Notes under the pieces: model-generated
The model's input: only the letters and a program-made list of their open reading frames with translations
Database searches by the model: none
What the model was told of the DNA's origin: nothing
Source of the DNA: Gammaproteobacteria bacterium
GTDB lineage: Bacteria > Pseudomonadota > Gammaproteobacteria > UBA4575
DNA: 64,000 nucleotides
Reading direction: 5' to 3'
NCBI GenBank assembly: GCA_965203725.1
Contig: CBDBDH010000002.1
Coordinates: forward strand, 478,829 to 542,828
Shown: positions 8,683 to 19,942 of the stretch, piece after piece
Numbering within the stretch: the stretch's first letter is position 1
Layout of the letters: each line of letters starts with the position of its first letter
Translations under genes and position numbers: made by a program

Positions 8683-8705
8683 TTCGAATCCAATCGCGCC
8701 TACCA
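8683..8705 (+). mobile_element. Isolated tRNA 3' end (T-loop to CCA), likely tRNA-Val(GAC); att-like boundary of an integrative element
   Basis: ttcgaatccaatcgcgcctacca. It matches my recollection of the tRNA-Val(GAC) 3' end that usually precedes thrS; there is no D-arm or anticodon arm upstream. Confidence 0.7.
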
Positions 8706-9001
8706 ATAACAGAACCACATGTGGGGTCCTGTGGGATTCGCAATTTCCTATCTCAGCGACAATCCAACCCTGAACCTCTTGTCAGGAAAATAGAATCTTC
8801 TTGTATACATCACTGTCTGCATAGGTTTAGGCAGATGTCCAAGCACAGCTAGCAGGCTTGTTACTACTTTCTTCATGGTTGACGTAACTTTACGAATAGT
8901 AACTGCCAGTCATAGAATATATGGCCTTGTTTTGGAAGCGAGTACATTTCTATCTGTGGTCTCATTCCAGCGCGACAAACAATAAACTAGAGGTCACACT
9001 T

Positions 9002-10078
9002 ATGTCAGGCTATGCAAAAATCACAACGTTGATTACTCGCCTTAGAGAGATTGATATCTCTGAAAGCAGCGAACAAGCTACGAGAGAAATCATAGTTAAT
9101 CCGATGATTGCTGCACTAGGTTGGGATACCTTCAATCCGCATGAGGTAGCTCGCGAACATTCAGTGCTAGGTGGACGCGTAGACTACTGCCTTCGATCAA
9201 AGAAGAAAAACCTAGTGTTCATTGAAGTGAAACGGGTTGGCACAGATCTTGGGGACCACCAGGAACAGTTACTACGCTATGCTTTTGATGGGGGCGTACC
9301 ATCAGCAGTCCTCACTGATGGCTTGGTTTGGTGGCTCTATTTGCCAATGGCTGGTGGTAATTGGTTACAACGCCGATTCTCTGAAATTTCACTACAAAAG
9401 CAAAAACCTGCGGAAGCAGCTCAGGTATTGCATTGTTTCCTTAGCCAAGATCGACTAGAAAGTGGTGCAGCGTTGAATGAAGCCGAGCGCGTATTTAAAA
9501 GCCAAGAACTTGATCGCCAGATCCGTGCAGCTCTTAATGATGCTTGGCAACAAATACTCAACGACCCTAAAGGTTTGTTACCCGACTTGCTTTCAGAGGA
9601 AGTGGAAAAAATTTCTGGCCACAAGCCTGATGAGAGGCTAATTACAGAATTCCTACGAAAGGTATCTGAGCAACTAGACAACAAAATCCCCCAATCGTCA
9701 CCTAGCAAACCATATGACAAGGGAAAACCAAAAAATCCAACGCCTAAACAACCTAGGACCTCATTGACTAGGCTGAAGGCCTTTTGGCTAGATCGCAAAC
9801 GTCATGAAGTGAAAACTTGGAGAGGTATGTTGGTAAAACTTTGTGAAGAACTTGCCAATGAGGCGGGCCCAACCTTTGCCAAACATGTCATTGAACTGAA
9901 AGGTCGGAAACGTCCCTACTTCTCTCATTCAGAAAAAGAACTCCGAGTGCCACATCAGATCCCGGGCACCCGTCTTTATGTAGAGACCAATATTAGCGCA
10001 AGTCAAGCAAAGAGAATTGCACAATTAACTATGAGGAAAATTCGGGGTTCTGACAAAGGTTTTCGAATTGAAGCCTGA
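9002..10078 (+). CDS. Restriction-type nuclease: HsdR N-terminal (PD-(D/E)XK) domain plus C-terminal SeqA-like domain
   Basis: N-terminus E..TRE.IVNPMIAALGWD...EVAREH...RVDYCL...VFIEVKR...EQLLRYAF...AVLTDGLVWWLY; C-terminus KGRKRPYFS...PHQIPGTRLYVETNISA resembles the SeqA C-domain; low GC. Confidence 0.75.
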   Translation: MSGYAKITTLITRLREIDISESSEQATREIIVNPMIAALGWDTFNPHEVAREHSVLGGRVDYCLRSKKKNLVFIEVKRVGTDLGDHQEQLLRYAFDGGVPSAVLTDGLVWWLYLPMAGGNWLQRRFSEISLQKQKPAEAAQVLHCFLSQDRLESGAALNEAERVFKSQELDRQIRAALNDAWQQILNDPKGLLPDLLSEEVEKISGHKPDERLITEFLRKVSEQLDNKIPQSSPSKPYDKGKPKNPTPKQPRTSLTRLKAFWLDRKRHEVKTWRGMLVKLCEELANEAGPTFAKHVIELKGRKRPYFSHSEKELRVPHQIPGTRLYVETNISASQAKRIAQLTMRKIRGSDKGFRIEA

Positions 10079-10337
10079 ACAGGTATCTCCAATCCATGGG
10101 TCTTGTGAGTTGTAGTACCTTTTAGAGACGGGTTTAGGTATAGATTACGTTGAATGTCCAGGGTGTGAAGAATACTCTTGGTTTATACGTACTAAGAAAG
10201 CGCTACTTTTTTCTCACGATAGTATCTCAGTTTGATATCTTTCTTCTTATACACTACGGTGATCTGCTTTAAAGGGTCAAGAAAGGTATTTCACACCTAG
10301 ACATGGTCTGAGTGCCGAGATTAAGAAGGTTTCAAGC

Positions 10338-10646
10338 ATGAATCCAGAACTCCACATTCCAAGGGATCGCGTTGCTGCATTCTGTCGTGCGAACGGCATT
10401 GCACAGCTTGCCATCTTTGGTTCGGCCTTACGAGAGGACTTCGGTGCAGAGAGCGACATTGATGTGCTGGTCGAGTTCGCGCCTGGCTGTACGCCCGGAT
10501 TGAAGTTTTTCGGGATTGCTTCTGAGTTGTCGGATCTGTTTGGGAGAGAAGTGGATGTTCTGACACGTTCATCTGTGGAGCAGAGCCGGAACTACATTCG
10601 CCGGAAAGAAATTCTGGAGTCCGCCGAGGTCATCTATGCGGCGTGA
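10338..10646 (+). CDS. MNT minimal nucleotidyltransferase antitoxin (MntA-like)
   Basis: IFGSALREDFGAESDIDVLVEF (GS-x10-DxD); ~100 aa; overlaps the downstream HEPN gene. Confidence 0.92.
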   Translation: MNPELHIPRDRVAAFCRANGIAQLAIFGSALREDFGAESDIDVLVEFAPGCTPGLKFFGIASELSDLFGREVDVLTRSSVEQSRNYIRRKEILESAEVIYAA

Positions 10647-10980
10647 CGATGCATATCTACTTGATATGCTGGTAGCGGCACGTAAAGCAGTAACATTTAC
10701 AGAAGAACTGACTTACACGCAGTTTGTGCAGAGTGATCTGCACCAGAATGCAGTCCTTAAGGTTCTGGAGATTGTGGGCGAGGGAGCTTCGCGTGTCAGC
10801 GAAGACGCGAGAGAAACCTATTCGGAAATCTCATGGCCCCAGATCGTCGGTTTGCGCAATCGCATTGTTCATGGCTATTTTGAAATCGATTTAGAAATTG
10901 TTTGGAAAATCGTGCAGGAAGATTTGCTGCCACTGATTGCACAGCTCGAGCTCCTAGTATCCCCGGAGTCTGAGAAGTAA
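10636..10980 (+). CDS. HEPN/DUF86 RNase toxin (HepT-like)
   Basis: YLLDML...WPQIVGLRNRIVHGYFEIDLEIVW with an R-x4-H motif. Confidence 0.92.
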   Translation: MRRDDAYLLDMLVAARKAVTFTEELTYTQFVQSDLHQNAVLKVLEIVGEGASRVSEDARETYSEISWPQIVGLRNRIVHGYFEIDLEIVWKIVQEDLLPLIAQLELLVSPESEK

Positions 10981-11107
10981 AGAGAGTTGCTACTAGTCTG
11001 CGTAAACGGACCCTACCGCGTTCAAAACCCATTCACAGGTTGCTGGAGTCCCAAACTAGTTTGCTCTGTTCAACCGAGGGCCTGATAAATCGGGTCGAGG
11101 AGAAGCC

Positions 11108-11974
11108 ATGGGATTCGTGACTGATGTCGTTCTGCCTCTGGCGCTAGCTTTCATCATGCTAGCACTGGGGCTCGGACTCACTTTCGATGATTTTGTCCGG
11201 GTGGTGCGCCGCCCGCGTGATTTTGCTGTCGGTGCGGTATCACAGATCCTCGTGCTGCCAGCAATCGCTTTCCTGCTTGCCAGCCTCTGGCCGATGGCAC
11301 CGGAACTGGCTCTCGGGCTGATGATCATTGCCGCTGCCCCGGGTGGGGTCACCTCCAACCTCCTGACCGCGTTCGCGCGTGGCGATGTCGCGCTGTCCAT
11401 TTCGCTGACCGCGGTGATCAGCCTGTTGAGCGTGATCACGATCCCGTTGGTGGTTGTGTTCGCCTATGGCCATTTCATCGGTGAGCAGGCGGTGCAGGAC
11501 ATCACGGTCGCCGACACCGCGATCAGTGTCTTTCTGATCGTCACCATTCCGGTACTGGTCGGCCTGCTGGTGCGCCGATTTGCCGAGGGCTTTGCGTTGC
11601 GGGTTGAGCCGTCGGCGCGTACCGTGTCCGCCGTGCTGTTCGTGCTGGTGCTTGCCGGAGCCATCTATCAGGAACGCAATAATCTTGCCTCCTATTATGC
11701 CCAGGCCGGACTGGCCACTTTTGCACTGAACGTGATCATGATGGTGACGGCTTACCTGTTGGCGCGGTGGTTTGCGAGCGGCGCGAAACAGCGAACCGCG
11801 ATCGCGATGGAGTGCGGGCTGCAGAACGGGACGCTGGCAATCGCGATTGCAGTACTTTTGTTTGGCGGCGGGCTTGCGACGGTGCCGGCGACTACCTACA
11901 GCCTGACCATGTTTGTGACCGCGCTGATCTATGTCGCGGTGCTGCGGCGCAGCGGGGCACAGCCGCCTGCGTGA
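11108..11974 (+). CDS. Bile acid:sodium symporter (BASS) family transporter
   Basis: IMLALGLGLT, PGGVTSNLLT..ARGDVALSISLT, AIAMECGLQNGTLA motifs; strongly hydrophobic. Confidence 0.92.
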   Translation: MGFVTDVVLPLALAFIMLALGLGLTFDDFVRVVRRPRDFAVGAVSQILVLPAIAFLLASLWPMAPELALGLMIIAAAPGGVTSNLLTAFARGDVALSISLTAVISLLSVITIPLVVVFAYGHFIGEQAVQDITVADTAISVFLIVTIPVLVGLLVRRFAEGFALRVEPSARTVSAVLFVLVLAGAIYQERNNLASYYAQAGLATFALNVIMMVTAYLLARWFASGAKQRTAIAMECGLQNGTLAIAIAVLLFGGGLATVPATTYSLTMFVTALIYVAVLRRSGAQPPA

Positions 11975-12099
11975 TGGGCTGGTGATCCAGCCGACGCCTG
12001 GACAAGCTGTTGAATTAAAATATTTAAATCCTGCAATAGTCGAGTCGTTCAAGGATAGGCTAGAGTACCTGTAGTAGAGTATGTCAGTAAGGTTTGTAT

Positions 12100-12336
12100 A
12101 TGGCGCATCGGCTGAACATTGTGCTGGATGACGAAGTCTGGAAGTCCCTGCAGCAATTGCCCGAAGGGGTCCGCGATCGTTATATCAGTGAAGCCGTGGC
12201 CGAACGGTTGCGGCGTGAGCGAAGGCAAGAAGCTGTCCGGAAAATGGATGAGCTGCGTGAAAACCTGCCGCCGCTGGACGGTACCGTCGATATTGCAGGG
12301 ATTCTGCGCAAGGACCGGGCAAGGGATGGTGCATGA
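12100..12336 (+). CDS. Ribbon-helix-helix type antitoxin
   Basis: HRLNIVLDDEVW...RDRYISEAVAERL...; ends GILRKDR; stop overlaps an ATGA start; tagagta direct repeat at 12061 and 12075 upstream. Confidence 0.65.
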   Translation: MAHRLNIVLDDEVWKSLQQLPEGVRDRYISEAVAERLRRERRQEAVRKMDELRENLPPLDGTVDIAGILRKDRARDGA

Positions 12337-12464
12337 CCTTTGTCTCCGATGCCTCGGTCATTCTCAGGCGGGGTTGCCGCAGCTTTCCGGTGTTTGCGGT
12401 TCCCTTCGCATGCCACAATGTGTACCCTACGCGCTCGGGACATCCTGCTGTCCACATGGCATAA
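12333..12464 (+). pseudogene. Truncated VapC/PIN toxin remnant
   Basis: Starts MTFVSDASVIL (PIN N-terminal motif), translationally coupled to the antitoxin, then unrelated sequence and a stop after 43 codons. Confidence 0.55.
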
Positions 12465-12550
12465 AGCTTGGGGACAACGCCTGACCCGCACCGGAAGAAA
12501 TATTTTGGAAACATGTGGCCCCTGGTATCGGCCACCACTGGAGAACCTGC

Positions 12551-14458
12551 ATGCCAACCATCACCCTGCCTGACGGCACCCAGAAAGAATTTACCGACCC
12601 GGTCACGATCCAGCAGGTCGCGGAATCCATCGGCCCCGGGCTCGCCAAGGCGACCATTGCCGGGCGCATCGACGGACAGCTGGCCGATGCCTGCGTCAGC
12701 ATCACCGAGGATGCTTCCGTGGAGATCGTCACCAGCAAGGACCCGGACGGGGTCGACATCATCCGCCACTCCTTCGCCCACCTGATGGGGCATGCGATCA
12801 AGCAGCTGTACCCGACCGCCAAGATGGCGATCGGGCCGGTCATCGAGAACGGCTTCTACTACGACGTGGACTACGAGCGCTCCTTTACCCCGGAGGACCT
12901 GGAAGCCATCGAAAAACGCATGGGCGAGCTGATCGTGCAGGACTACGATGTCGTCCGCGAAGTGGTCAGCCGCGCCCAGGCGGTGGAGGCGTTCCGGGAG
13001 CGCGATGAAGACTACAAGGTCGAGATCGCCTCCGAGATTCCGGACGATGAAATCATCGCGCTCTACCACCACCAGGAATACACCGACATGTGCCGCGGCC
13101 CGCACGTGCCCAACACGCGCCACCTGCGCGCGTTCAAGCTGACCCGCCTGGCCGGCTCGTACTGGCGCGGCGATGCCAGCAACAAGATGCTGCAGCGCAT
13201 CTACGGCACGGCCTGGGCCGACAAGAAGCAGCTCAAGCACTACCTGACCCAGCTCGAGGAGGCGCAAAAGCGCGACCATCGCAAGCTCGGCAAGCAGATG
13301 GACCTGTTCCACTTCCAGGATGAGGCCCCGGGCATGGTGTTCTGGCACGAACGCGGGCTGATCCTGTACCAGCAGGTCGAATCCTACGTCCGTGAGAAGA
13401 TCCGCGCGCAGGGCTACCAGGAGGTATCCACCCCGCAGATCCTGGACCGCAAGCTGTGGGAGAAGTCAGGGCACTGGGACAAGTTCGGCGAGATGATCTT
13501 CGCCACGCAGTCAGAAAACCGCGAGTACGCGATCAAGCCGATGAACTGCCCCGGTCACGTGCAGATCTACAACCAGGGCCTGAAAAGCTACCGGGACCTG
13601 CCGTTCAAGCTCTCCGAGTTCGGCCTGGTGCACCGCAACGAACCCTCCGGCACCCTGCACGGCCTGCTGCGGGCCAGGCGTTTCGTGCAGGACGACGCCC
13701 ATGTTTTCTGCACCCGGGACCAGCTTGCCGGGGAGCTGCGCGAGCTCATCGACCTGACGTTCGAGGTCTACCGGGACTTCGGTTTCGAGAACATCGAGCT
13801 GGCCTTCTCGACCCGCCCGGAAAAGCGCGTCGGCGAGGACAGTCTCTGGGATGAGGCCGAGGCGGCGCTGCAGCAGGTGCTGGAGGCGCAGGAGCTGGAA
13901 TACAAGCTGCAGCCGGGCGAGGGCGCATTCTATGGGCCCAAGGTCGAGTTCACACTGCGCGACAGCATCGGGCGGGTGTGGCAGTGCGGCACCATCCAGG
14001 TGGATTTCTCCATGCCGGGGCGACTCGATGCCTCCTACGTGGCCGAAGACGGCTCGCGCCAGGTGCCGGTCATGATCCACCGCGCGATCCTGGGTTCGCT
14101 CGAGCGTTTCATCGGAATCCTGATCGAGAACTACGCCGGCGACCTGCCGTTCTGGCTGGCCCCCGTGCAGGCGGTTTTGCTGAATATCACGGACCGCCAG
14201 GCACAACATGTGCGCTCGGCAGAAGAAATGCTTAGGAATCAAGGCTTCAGGGTGATCTCCGACTTGAGAAATGAAAAGATTGGCTTTAAGATTCGAGAGC
14301 ATACGATCACACACATCCCGTACATGCTGGTGGCGGGCGATCGTGAAGTGGCTGCAAATCAGTTGGCCGTTCGTACTCGTGGAGGTGAAGACCTGGGCCC
14401 GATGGCACTCGAGGCCATCGCGCAGAGGTTCACGGAGCACGGGGTGGGCGGCCATTAA
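12551..14458 (+). CDS. thrS: Threonine--tRNA ligase
   Basis: [12 protein letters not shown] domain, [31 protein letters not shown]. Confidence 0.99.
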   Translation: MPTITLPDGTQKEFTDPVTIQQVAESIGPGLAKATIAGRIDGQLADACVSITEDASVEIVTSKDPDGVDIIRHSFAHLMGHAIKQLYPTAKMAIGPVIENGFYYDVDYERSFTPEDLEAIEKRMGELIVQDYDVVREVVSRAQAVEAFRERDEDYKVEIASEIPDDEIIALYHHQEYTDMCRGPHVPNTRHLRAFKLTRLAGSYWRGDASNKMLQRIYGTAWADKKQLKHYLTQLEEAQKRDHRKLGKQMDLFHFQDEAPGMVFWHERGLILYQQVESYVREKIRAQGYQEVSTPQILDRKLWEKSGHWDKFGEMIFATQSENREYAIKPMNCPGHVQIYNQGLKSYRDLPFKLSEFGLVHRNEPSGTLHGLLRARRFVQDDAHVFCTRDQLAGELRELIDLTFEVYRDFGFENIELAFSTRPEKRVGEDSLWDEAEAALQQVLEAQELEYKLQPGEGAFYGPKVEFTLRDSIGRVWQCGTIQVDFSMPGRLDASYVAEDGSRQVPVMIHRAILGSLERFIGILIENYAGDLPFWLAPVQAVLLNITDRQAQHVRSAEEMLRNQGFRVISDLRNEKIGFKIREHTITHIPYMLVAGDREVAANQLAVRTRGGEDLGPMALEAIAQRFTEHGVGGH

Positions 14459-14477
14459 TTTTTAGGAGGACTGGAAT

Positions 14478-14999
14478 ATTAGCGTAGCGAAAGTAACCCG
14501 ATTGAATGAGGAAATTACCGGGCAGGAAGTCCGACTGATCGGACTGGACGGTGAGAACGTGGGCGTGGTGGACATCAGTGAAGCCCAGCAGATTGCACAG
14601 GAAGCCGAGCTTGACCTGGTAGAGATTGCCCCGAATGCCACCCCTCCCGTATGCCGGGTCATGGACTACGGCAAGTTCAAGTTTCAGCAGAGCAAGAAGG
14701 CTCAGGTAGCCAGGAAAAAGCAGAAACTGATCCATGTGAAGGAAATCAAGTTCCGCCCCGGTACGGAGGAAGGCGATTATCAGGTTAAGCTGAGAAAGAT
14801 CATCGAATTTTTAACGAACGGCGACAAGACCAAGGTGACCGTTCGCTTCCGGGGCCGGGAGATGATGCATCAGGAACTCGGCGGCGTGTTACTGGACCGC
14901 ATCGAGAAGGACCTGGAGCCCCACGGCGAAGTGGAACAACGGCCCAAAATGGAGGGACGCCAACTGGTCATGGTGTTCACTCCGCTGCGAAAAAAATGA
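14478..14999 (+). CDS. infC: Translation initiation factor IF-3, ATT start codon
   Basis: GGAGG Shine-Dalgarno then ATT AGC GTA..., in frame with RLNEEI...CRVMDYGKF...KEIKFRP. Confidence 0.97.
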   Translation: MSVAKVTRLNEEITGQEVRLIGLDGENVGVVDISEAQQIAQEAELDLVEIAPNATPPVCRVMDYGKFKFQQSKKAQVARKKQKLIHVKEIKFRPGTEEGDYQVKLRKIIEFLTNGDKTKVTVRFRGREMMHQELGGVLLDRIEKDLEPHGEVEQRPKMEGRQLVMVFTPLRKK

Positions 15000-15018
15000 A
15001 TCCGTCAGGAATACAGAT

Positions 15019-15216
15019 ATGCCCAAACTAAAGACAAACCGTGGCGCAGCCAAGCGCTTCAAGAAAACTGCAGGCGGCGGCTTCAAGCGCATCCAGTCCC
15101 ATGGCCGCCACATCCTGACGAAGAAAAGCACCAAGCGTAAACGCCAGTTGCGTGCAGGCACGACCATTGCCGACGCGGACGTGAAATCCGTACGGCAGAT
15201 GCTGCCCTACGCATGA
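15019..15216 (+). CDS. rpmI: 50S ribosomal protein L35
   Basis: [17 protein letters not shown]; operon position. Confidence 0.99.
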   Translation: MPKLKTNRGAAKRFKKTAGGGFKRIQSHGRHILTKKSTKRKRQLRAGTTIADADVKSVRQMLPYA

Positions 15217-15249
15217 CGCCCATGGCCTGAGGAAACCTGGAGAGAATCG

Positions 15250-15603
15250 ATGCCAAGAGCAAAAAGGGCCGTGGTGGCACGCGCCCGACACAAGAAGATC
15301 CTGGCCAAGGCCAAGGGATATTACGGCGCCCGCAAGAGCACCTTCCGTGTCGCCAAGCAGGCGGTGATCAAGGCGGGGCAGTATGCCTACCGTGACCGCA
15401 GGCAGCGAAAGCGCCAGTTCCGGTCCCTGTGGATCGTGCGTATTAACGCGGCGGCGCGGCAGTTCGATCTGTCGTACAGCCGGCTGATGGACGGACTGAA
15501 CAAGGCCTCCGTGCAGATTGACCGCAAGGTGCTGGCGGATCTCGCCGTTCATGATATCGATACGTTTGGCAAAATCGCCGAAAGGGCGAAGGCAAGCTTG
15601 TAG
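15250..15603 (+). CDS. rplT: 50S ribosomal protein L20
   Basis: [33 protein letters not shown]. Confidence 0.99.
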   Translation: MPRAKRAVVARARHKKILAKAKGYYGARKSTFRVAKQAVIKAGQYAYRDRRQRKRQFRSLWIVRINAAARQFDLSYSRLMDGLNKASVQIDRKVLADLAVHDIDTFGKIAERAKASL

Positions 15604-15653
15604 GTTTTCTTGAATGCCGTTGATGGTTGCATAACCGCCGGTAGAAAGTTTGT

Positions 15654-15686
15654 AAAAGGGAAAGGCTTTGCCTTTCCCTTTTTGTT
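15654..15686 (+). terminator. Rho-independent terminator after rplT
   Basis: aaaagggaaaggc-ttt-gcctttccctttt perfect hairpin followed by a T tract. Confidence 0.88.
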
Positions 15687-15710
15687 TGAACCCCGGGTGT
15701 TGACGAATTG

Positions 15711-16714
<1,004 letters not shown>

Positions 16715-16724
16715 GGTTCACGAC

Positions 16725-19112
16725 ATGCAGGTAAGCGAGCGCTGGTTACGCGAATGGGTGGACCCGCCCACCGACACGAAGCATCTTGCCGATGTGCTGA
16801 CCATGGCCGGGCTCGAGGTCGACAGTCTCTCGCCGGCTGCCCCCGCGTTCTCGAACGTGGTGGTCGCACGAATCATGGCTCTCGACTCGCACACCGAGGA
16901 CGGGACATACCATGTGTGCCAGGTTGCCGATGGCTCCATCCTGCCGATCACCGTGGTGTGCGCGGCGAACAATGTCCGGGCCGGAATGATGACGGCGCTG
17001 GCCCGAGTCGGGGCTAAGCTCCCGGGTGGTGTCGACATCGAGGCAAAGACATTGCATGGAGTGGAGTCTGCAGGGATGCTTTGTTCCCTTGCGGAACTGG
17101 GACTGGCCGAGACATCCGAGGGCATCATCGAGTTGCCCGAGGCCTGTGATCCTGGCATCGACCTCCATGAGTGCCTGGAGCTCGAGGACACCGTCATCGA
17201 TATCGACCTGACGCCCAACCGCGCGGATTGCCTCAGCGTTCAAGGGCTGGCCCGGGAGGTGTCGGCACTGCTTGAGTCACCCCTCGAGGAGGTGACGTGC
17301 CCGACAATTGCAGCCTCGACCGATACGGTGTTCCCGGTCACGATTGAAGCGCCCGAGGCCTGTGCTCGCTACGTCGGGCGGGCCATCACGGGGGTGAAAG
17401 GGGACATTGCGAGCCCCCTGTGGATGCAAGAGAAATTGCGCCGCAGTGGGCTGCGTTCGGTCAATGCCATCACCGACATCACCAATTATGTGATGCTGGA
17501 ACTCGGCCAGCCCATGCATGCCTTCGACTTGGACAAGCTCGATTCCGGGATTGTCGTTCGCTTCGCACGGGCCTCGGAGTCCCTGCACCTGCTCAATAGC
17601 CAGGAAGTTTCCCTGTCCGGGGACGAACTGGTGATTGCGGATGGCAAAAGCCCACTGGCCCTGGCCGGCATCATGGGGGGCGAACGTTCCTGCGTCGCGG
17701 ACCAAACGCGCGCGGTGTTTTTGGAAGCCGCCTGGTTTCACCCGCGCGCACTTGCCGGGATCGCACGAAGACACGGCTTGCATACGGATTCCTCGCACCG
17801 CTTCGAGCGCGGCGTTGACCCGGACCTGGCGCAGCTTGCCATACAGAGGGCTACCCAGCTGATCCTTGAGATTGCTGGCGGGGAAGCCGGTCCTGTCGTC
17901 TGCGAGGAAGATATCGCACGCCTGCCGCAACCGGTAGAGATTGAGCTTGAGTGTTCCAATGCAAAGAACCTGCTGGGGATCGAGCTGTCCGCCGATGAAA
18001 TCGAGAATTTGCTGGTTCGCCTGCAGTGCCAGGTCCAGCGCTCCGGGGAACGCCTACACGTGGTCCCTCCAGGATTTCGCACTGACCTCGCAATCGAGGT
18101 TGACCTGATCGAGGAGATTGCACGCCTGAAGGGGTATGAGGCCATCCCGCTGACCTATGAGGAGTCTATCTCCCTGGATACCCGGGGCCAAGTGGCACAC
18201 ACCAGGCCCTTCGAATCGATGAAGCAGGCCCTGGTGGGCAGCGGCTACAGCGAGATCATCTCGTTCAGCTTCGTGAGCCAGGAGATGGAAGCCCTGTTCA
18301 ATCCGGAGCACCGGGCCAAGGCCCTGGAAAACCCGATCTCGCAGGAACTGTCGGTGATGCGCAGCAGTCTCTGGTCTGGCCTGGTGCAGGCGGCCATGCA
18401 CAATTTCAATCGCCAGCAAGAGCGCATCCGCTTCTTCGAGCACGGGCTGCAGTTTTGCCAGACCCCGGAGGGCCTTTTGCAGCGCCCGGTCCTGGCCGGG
18501 CTGATCTGCGGAAATTGTGAACCCGAGCAGTGGGGTGCTGTTCCGAGAGAGGTCGACTTCTACGATCTCAAGGGCGATGTGGAACGGCTTTTGGAGGTGG
18601 CTCGGCTGCCACAGGATGAGACCCAGGTTTCTCCCCTGGAAGACCCGGCCCTGCACCCGGGGCAGGCCGCGAAAATCCTGCACGGCGATGTGATGTTGGC
18701 CCGGTTCGGTGCCCTGCATCCGCGCATCCAAGCCGCCCTCGAAATCAGCCAGGCGGTGTACCTGTTCGAGCTGCAGCTGGATGGAATTTCACAAAGGTTG
18801 CCTGAGCCGGTGTTCCGTGCCCTGTCGAAATACCCGTTCATCCGCCGCGACCTCACGCTTGTCGTGGACGAAGCCGTGAGCGCCGCTGAAATCTGTTCAA
18901 ACATTGAACAAATGCAAATTCCCATCCTGCAACAGGTGGGGGTGTTCAGCGTGTATACCGGAAAAGGCATAAAAAAAGGGAAGAAAAGCATATCTTTAGG
19001 CTTGATTTTGCAAGAGTTTTCACGCACCCTTACAGACAAAGAAGTAGAACAAACCATCACGTCAATCGTTTCCCAACTTGAACACCAGGTTGGAGCGGGG
19101 ATAAGAAGCTGA
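16725..19112 (+). CDS. pheT: Phenylalanine--tRNA ligase beta subunit
   Basis: [41 protein letters not shown]. Confidence 0.99.
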   Translation: MQVSERWLREWVDPPTDTKHLADVLTMAGLEVDSLSPAAPAFSNVVVARIMALDSHTEDGTYHVCQVADGSILPITVVCAANNVRAGMMTALARVGAKLPGGVDIEAKTLHGVESAGMLCSLAELGLAETSEGIIELPEACDPGIDLHECLELEDTVIDIDLTPNRADCLSVQGLAREVSALLESPLEEVTCPTIAASTDTVFPVTIEAPEACARYVGRAITGVKGDIASPLWMQEKLRRSGLRSVNAITDITNYVMLELGQPMHAFDLDKLDSGIVVRFARASESLHLLNSQEVSLSGDELVIADGKSPLALAGIMGGERSCVADQTRAVFLEAAWFHPRALAGIARRHGLHTDSSHRFERGVDPDLAQLAIQRATQLILEIAGGEAGPVVCEEDIARLPQPVEIELECSNAKNLLGIELSADEIENLLVRLQCQVQRSGERLHVVPPGFRTDLAIEVDLIEEIARLKGYEAIPLTYEESISLDTRGQVAHTRPFESMKQALVGSGYSEIISFSFVSQEMEALFNPEHRAKALENPISQELSVMRSSLWSGLVQAAMHNFNRQQERIRFFEHGLQFCQTPEGLLQRPVLAGLICGNCEPEQWGAVPREVDFYDLKGDVERLLEVARLPQDETQVSPLEDPALHPGQAAKILHGDVMLARFGALHPRIQAALEISQAVYLFELQLDGISQRLPEPVFRALSKYPFIRRDLTLVVDEAVSAAEICSNIEQMQIPILQQVGVFSVYTGKGIKKGKKSISLGLILQEFSRTLTDKEVEQTITSIVSQLEHQVGAGIRS

Positions 19113-19117
19113 GTGCG

Positions 19118-19417
19118 ATGGCACTGACCAAAGCCCAAATGGCCGAGAACCTGTATGAGGAGTTGGGCCTCAACAAACGCGAGGCCAAGGAACTCGTCGA
19201 AGTCTTTTTCGAAGAAGTCCGCAACGCCTTGGAACAAAGCCGCGAAGTCAAGCTATCCGGTTTTGGCAACTTTATCTTGCGGGACAAGAACCAACGTCCC
19301 GGACGGAACCCCAAGACCGGCGAGGAAATCCCGATTTCCGCCAGGCGTGTGGTGACCTTTCGTCCCGGGCAGAAGTTGAAAGCAAGAGTCGAGGCGTATG
19401 TTGGAAATCAGCAATAA
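19118..19417 (+). CDS. ihfA: Integration host factor alpha
   Basis: [12 protein letters not shown]...VKLSGFGNF...[29 protein letters not shown]. Confidence 0.99.
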   Translation: MALTKAQMAENLYEELGLNKREAKELVEVFFEEVRNALEQSREVKLSGFGNFILRDKNQRPGRNPKTGEEIPISARRVVTFRPGQKLKARVEAYVGNQQ

Positions 19418-19754
19418 CGATGAATTGCCGCCGATTCCAGGGAAACGCTACTTCACGATTGGCGAAGTCAGCGAGCTTTGCCGGGTAAAATCCCATGTGC
19501 TGCGTTACTGGGAGCAGGAGTTTCCCTCCCTGAAACCGGTCAAGCGGCGCGGCAACCGCCGCTACTACCAGCGCCATGACGTGATCCTGATCCGACAGAT
19601 CCGCGACCTGCTGTACGTGCAGGGCTACACCATCGGTGGCGCGCGCCAGAAACTGTCGGGGTCTTCGGCCAAGGAAGACACGAGTCAGAGCCAGCAGCTC
19701 GTCCACCAGATGCGGGTCGAGCTCGAGGACCTGCTGCAGGTTTTGAAGCGCTGA
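19398..19754 (+). CDS. MerR-family transcriptional regulator (conserved after ihfA)
   Basis: [38 protein letters not shown]. Confidence 0.95.
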   Translation: MLEISNNDELPPIPGKRYFTIGEVSELCRVKSHVLRYWEQEFPSLKPVKRRGNRRYYQRHDVILIRQIRDLLYVQGYTIGGARQKLSGSSAKEDTSQSQQLVHQMRVELEDLLQVLKR

Positions 19755-19796
19755 TTGTTCTCCCAGTAATTTTCTGTACTATGTGCCAACGGAAAT

Positions 19797-19873
19797 CGGG
19801 GTGTAGCGCAGCCTGGTAGCGCACCGCAATGGGGTTGCGGTGGTCGGAGGTTCAAATCCTCTCACCCCGACCA
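19797..19873 (+). tRNA. tRNA-Pro(GGG)
   Basis: CGGGGTG acceptor pairs with CACCCCG+ACCA; anticodon arm ccgca-ATGGGGT-tgcgg; GGTTCAAATCC T-loop. Confidence 0.97.
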
Positions 19874-19942
19874 GTTCACACAGGGTCCTTTCCGGGCACA
19901 TGGGCAACACCCGTTCGAGCACGACAACAGTACCTTCAATCA

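Noticed and set aside
11052-11063. 12-bp palindrome caaactagtttg upstream of the BASS gene
   Set aside because: Single short palindrome with no regulator context; could be chance.
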